Assembly: GCA_046758005.1 (NCBI GenBank)
Contig: JBHHZJ010000007.1
Span: 163-64,162, forward strand
Reading direction: 5' to 3'
DNA from: Kiloniellaceae bacterium
GTDB taxonomy: Bacteria > Pseudomonadota > Alphaproteobacteria > Kiloniellales > J153
Length of the DNA stretch: 64,000 nucleotides
Position numbers and translations under genes: made by a program. The notes beneath the pieces are model-generated. The model made no database searches and was not told the origin of the DNA. It saw nothing but the letters and a program-made list of their open reading frames with translations. The number at the start of each line of letters is the position of its first letter. The stretch's first letter is position 1. This document shows, piece after piece, positions 60,997-64,000 of the stretch.

Positions 60997-61983
60997 TCAG
61001 ACGAAGACCTTTTCCAGCGCCTCTTCGGGCGCGGGATACTGGCTTTCCCGCGCGAAGGCGAAGGCTTCGTTGACGTCCTGCATGGACTTTTCCTTGGTCG
61101 CATCCAGTTCGGCCTTGGTCGCGGCGCCGGTCGTGGTGATGTGCTCCGCCAGTCGTTCGATCGGGTCCTTGTTCTTGAGCCCATCGACTTCGCCCTTTGG
61201 CCGATAGGCCTCGGGATCGCCCTGGAAATGCCCGAAATAGCGGTAGGTCTCGATCTCGAGGAGCGTGGGGCCTTCGCCGGCGCGGGCGCGGGCCACCGCC
61301 TCGGCGGCCACCCGATAGATTTCGAGCGTGTCGTTATCGGCGACGTGCACGCCCGGCATGTTGTAGCCCGCGGCGCGCACGCTGTTGTCCGCCACCGCGG
61401 TCGAGGCCGACTTGGGCACCGAGATGCCCCAGGCGTTGTCCTCGATCACGAAGACTACGGGGAGCTTCCAGACCGCCGCCAGATTGAGCGCCTCGTGAAA
61501 CCCGCCCTGGTTGGCGCCGCCCTCGCCGAGGTAGGAGACGGCGACGGAGTCGCGGCCCTGCATCTTGGCCGCCAGGGCAGCGCCCACGGCCGGCCCCGCA
61601 CCTTCGGCGACGATGCCGCTGCACGAGAAGTTGGCCGCGCGATCGAAAAGATGCATGTGGCCGCCGCGCCCGCCGCCGAGCCCGGTTTTCTTGCCGAAGA
61701 TCTCGGCGGTCATGAGCTTGAGATCGACTCCCTTGGCGATCGCCACGTGGTGCGGGCGATGGGTCGCGGTCACCGCGTCGTCCCGCCGCAGGTGGACGCA
61801 GACGCCGGCGGCGCAGGGCTCCTGGCCGGCGGAGAGATGCATCTCTCCGGGCACCGGGCCGTAGCCGATGTCAAACTTCGGAGTCTTTCCCTCGAGGTAG
61901 GCTTCGGCCATGGTCTCCTCGTAGTAACGGGACTTGACCATGACGCCGTACATCCACAGCAACTGGTCCTTTGACGGTTGCAT
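60997..61983 (-). CDS. TPP-dependent 2-oxoacid/acetoin dehydrogenase E1 component alpha subunit (AcoA-like)
   Basis: Internal ATG (61983, preceded by GGGAGGA) gives 328 aa. GEMHLSAGQE and the TPP motif YLGEGGANQGGFHEALNLAAVWKLPVVFVIEDN. Confidence 0.9.
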   Translation of the reverse strand: MQPSKDQLLWMYGVMVKSRYYEETMAEAYLEGKTPKFDIGYGPVPGEMHLSAGQEPCAAGVCVHLRRDDAVTATHRPHHVAIAKGVDLKLMTAEIFGKKTGLGGGRGGHMHLFDRAANFSCSGIVAEGAGPAVGAALAAKMQGRDSVAVSYLGEGGANQGGFHEALNLAAVWKLPVVFVIEDNAWGISVPKSASTAVADNSVRAAGYNMPGVHVADNDTLEIYRVAAEAVARARAGEGPTLLEIETYRYFGHFQGDPEAYRPKGEVDGLKNKDPIERLAEHITTTGAATKAELDATKEKSMQDVNEAFAFARESQYPAPEEALEKVFV

Positions 61984-62077
61984 TGGCGTATCCTCCCATG
62001 TGTCGCCGTCGCGAGATGGCCCCGCGCGGTCCATTCCGCTCCAGCGTTCACCTTTTGAGATTGCCTGTAACGATCTG

Positions 62078-62106
62078 ATCTTATGGCGCGCCATGCCGAG
62101 GGTCAA
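62078..62106 (-). promoter_or_regulatory. Candidate sigma-70-type promoter of the E1/lipoyl/ligase operon, with an embedded 12-bp palindrome
   Basis: The minus strand reads TTGACC-N17-TAAGAT. The spacer and -10 overlap the perfect palindrome ATGGCGCGCCAT (62083-62094). It lies about 95 nt upstream of the E1-alpha ATG. Confidence 0.35.
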
Positions 62107-62316
62107 ATGACCGCACGGCAGGGAGCGGCCGCGCAGCGCCGTCGGTTGGCGGCCACATCCCCTAACGACGCACAACGAGAGAAGCGCACGACATCGATTA
62201 CGGCGCGCCGGGGTCCCGCTATGGATCGTCCCGGTTCCGCCGCCGGTCTTTCCAGTATCCCAGGGAACACGTCCGGTCGCGAGCGACCGTCCATCCGCGA
62301 CGCACTCGCGCCACGC

Positions 62317-62769
62317 TCAGGACGCCACCGCCGAGCGGCACGTGATGTAGGCGTCGCGCAGCACGTTCGCCTCGAGCTCCATCTCTTCCAGCCGATATTT
62401 CACGACGTCACCGATGCTTATGATGCCGCACAGGCGGCGTTCATCAATTACGGGAAGGTGGCGAATGCGGCTGCGGGTCATGACCGTCATAACATGCTTG
62501 ATACCATCGTGTGGGGCGCAGGTTCTGACCGAGCGGGTCATGATATCGGCGACGCGCATCCTGAGCAGATCTGCGCCGTGCTCGGTCAGAGCGCGGGCGA
62601 TGTCCCGTTCCGAGATAATACCCACGATCCGGTCATCGGCCGAGTCCACCACGACGACGGCGCCGATCCCCTCCAGCTTCATCCGGCGGATAATCGTCTG
62701 AATGGTGATCTCGGGCCGCGTCGTCACGACCCGGCTTCCCTTGGCCTTCAAGAGCGTTGCCACGTTCAC
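62317..62769 (-). CDS. CBS-domain pair protein
   Basis: About 150 aa with two CBS repeats (TIIRRMKLEGIGAVVVVD..IVGIISERDI; VMTVMTRSRIRHLPVID...GIISIGDV). GTG start at 62769 is preceded by GAGGAG at 8 nt. Confidence 0.85.
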   Translation of the reverse strand: MNVATLLKAKGSRVVTTRPEITIQTIIRRMKLEGIGAVVVVDSADDRIVGIISERDIARALTEHGADLLRMRVADIMTRSVRTCAPHDGIKHVMTVMTRSRIRHLPVIDERRLCGIISIGDVVKYRLEEMELEANVLRDAYITCRSAVAS

Positions 62770-62880
62770 GGGCGTTTCTCCTCTCATTAGAATCACGGTA
62801 GAACCACGGTTCACGGTCGGCGGGTCTTGGGTCCGACCGAGATTGCAAGGGATGGATATGCGACGGTAGCCCTACGCCGG

Positions 62881-62896
62881 TGTGATGGTCATCACA
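62881..62896. promoter_or_regulatory. CRP/FNR-family-type palindrome TGTGA-N6-TCACA
   Basis: TGTGATGGTCATCACA has 7-bp perfect arms and a 2-nt centre, about 120 nt upstream of the CBS gene start. It is followed by two more GTGATC-containing palindromes at 62909-62923 and ~62929-62938. Confidence 0.35.
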
Positions 62897-63214
62897 GCTC
62901 AGCTTTTTGTGATCCCCGATCACCGAGACGTGATCGATCCCTGCGCCGCTGCGGTCGCCTCGATGGCCGGACCGTGGCTCTTTTCATCAATGTTCGCAGG
63001 AGCGGACCCGTCATGGGCGGCGGGTCCGATGCTTTTGCCGACCACCGTCGGTGTCACGGCCCGGACCGTCCGGCTGCGATCGGCCGAGGGAGTCATCGCG
63101 CTCGCGGCGGCCGAAGCGGCCGGATTATCGGTGGGAACGACGTCGTCGGAAGCCGTTCGAACTCCCGCCTCCGCCAAGACAGAGCGTCGCCTTGAAATCG
63201 CGAAGAAAAGCCCG

Positions 63215-63649
63215 TCAGAGGCTTGTCGCGGGCACCTGCGCGCTCTGTCGCTTCACAAGCACCCATTCGCGCGCTACGGCCACCGCGGCAATCAACACGC
63301 CTGCCGCAGCAACGTAGATGCGCACCGGCTCGAAGTACGTGAGCAACAGATCCCCGCCGAACAGCAGCAGGAGGATCTTGTTGCAGACGGGACAGGCGAC
63401 GCCGATGAACCCGAATACGCCTCCGGCGCCGGCCGCCTTGGCGGAGCAGAAGGGCCGCCGGATCGCCACGTAGGTTCCGAGCAGCAATGAGAGTACGCCC
63501 AGCAGGACGATCTCGACATCGCCGGCCGGGGTCATCCGAACGAAGAACGGGTTTTCCCACAGCGCCGCGACGGTGCCGAGCGCGACGAAGGAACCAAGGG
63601 CGACCGCAAGGCCCATCGAGATTCGGGATAAACTCAGGCTCGGTGTCAT
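63215..63649 (-). CDS. Hypothetical small membrane protein with Cys motifs (RPFC...ACPVCNK)
   Basis: 144 aa from the ATG at 63649, with four predicted TM segments and three Cys at TM boundaries (FCSAK, GVACPVCNKILLLLFG). No family recognised. No clear Shine-Dalgarno sequence, so the start is uncertain. Confidence 0.55.
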   Translation of the reverse strand: MTPSLSLSRISMGLAVALGSFVALGTVAALWENPFFVRMTPAGDVEIVLLGVLSLLLGTYVAIRRPFCSAKAAGAGGVFGFIGVACPVCNKILLLLFGGDLLLTYFEPVRIYVAAAGVLIAAVAVAREWVLVKRQSAQVPATSL

Positions 63650-64000
63650 GGCTCGGAGGATAGCGCTGTCGTGTCCAAATCCCTTAATCGCCTTTTTCCC
63701 GGGGTCAACTCCGGTTGAGGCGGTAGCTTTCGCCCGTCCGCCGCCGTCAGGTGAGTCTAGGACCGACAGGCTCAGACAACAAGGCAACGGCCTTGCGAGG
63801 CGGTGTTGCGCCCTCACATTCGATTTTGCGCCGGAAAATATAAACGACAGATCCCAACTCTGGCGGTAATACCATTCGACTCAGCCCCTCTTCCTCTTCG
63901 CAGGTAAAAGCGGATTGACGCCTGTAATCGTTCCAATTTCCGGCCGCAAATCGGTGACGGCTGCCGATGACGATATACATCTGAACGCTGCGGGTCTTGA

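Noticed and set aside
61984-62316. Sigma-54 / AcoR-type promoter upstream of the AcoA-like gene
   Set aside because: I searched the minus strand for TGGCAC-N5-TTGC and found no acceptable match. No enhancer-binding-protein gene is nearby. A sigma-70-like TTGACC-N17-TAAGAT is proposed instead, at low confidence.

Overview
GC-rich chromosomal segment with alphaproteobacterial gene order. I can support about 60 protein genes. I found no rRNA, tRNA, CRISPR array, transposase or integrase, and no recognisable transcription-factor gene anywhere in the 64 kb. Positions 1-25.4 kb are mostly housekeeping: TRAP QM permease, bioY, parC, the recO-era-rnc-lepB-acpS-pdxJ block, spoT-rpoZ-folK, smpB, dapA, slt, and a bactofilin/M23 peptidase pair. 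Positions 25.8-28.9 kb hold a thiO-thiS-thiG-thiE operon behind a clear TPP riboswitch. Positions 29-64 kb look accessory and metabolic, and contain the items most worth a second look. (1) An acetoin-dehydrogenase-like E1 alpha/beta operon whose third gene is only an 81-aa free-standing lipoyl domain, followed by a translationally coupled lipoate-protein-ligase-family gene; no E2 catalytic domain or E3 is present. (2) A sulfotransferase / UPF0104 (HpnL-like) / HpnN-like RND transporter operon. (3) A beta-oxidation island that carries an ACAD10/11-type acyl-CoA dehydrogenase, an APH-fold kinase, an SDR and an enone reductase, which together resemble a 4-hydroxy/4-oxo-acid (lva-like) pathway; it also has a TAXI-TRAP importer and two mechanistically different CoA ligases. 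(4) A redoxin-like/2OG-Fe(II) oxygenase fusion protein. Several intergenic hairpin/REP-like repeats, an AT-rich island, candidate operator palindromes and an orphan terminator-like hairpin are also noted. All functional calls rest on motif and family recognition by eye. No database search was run, and several start codons are inferred.
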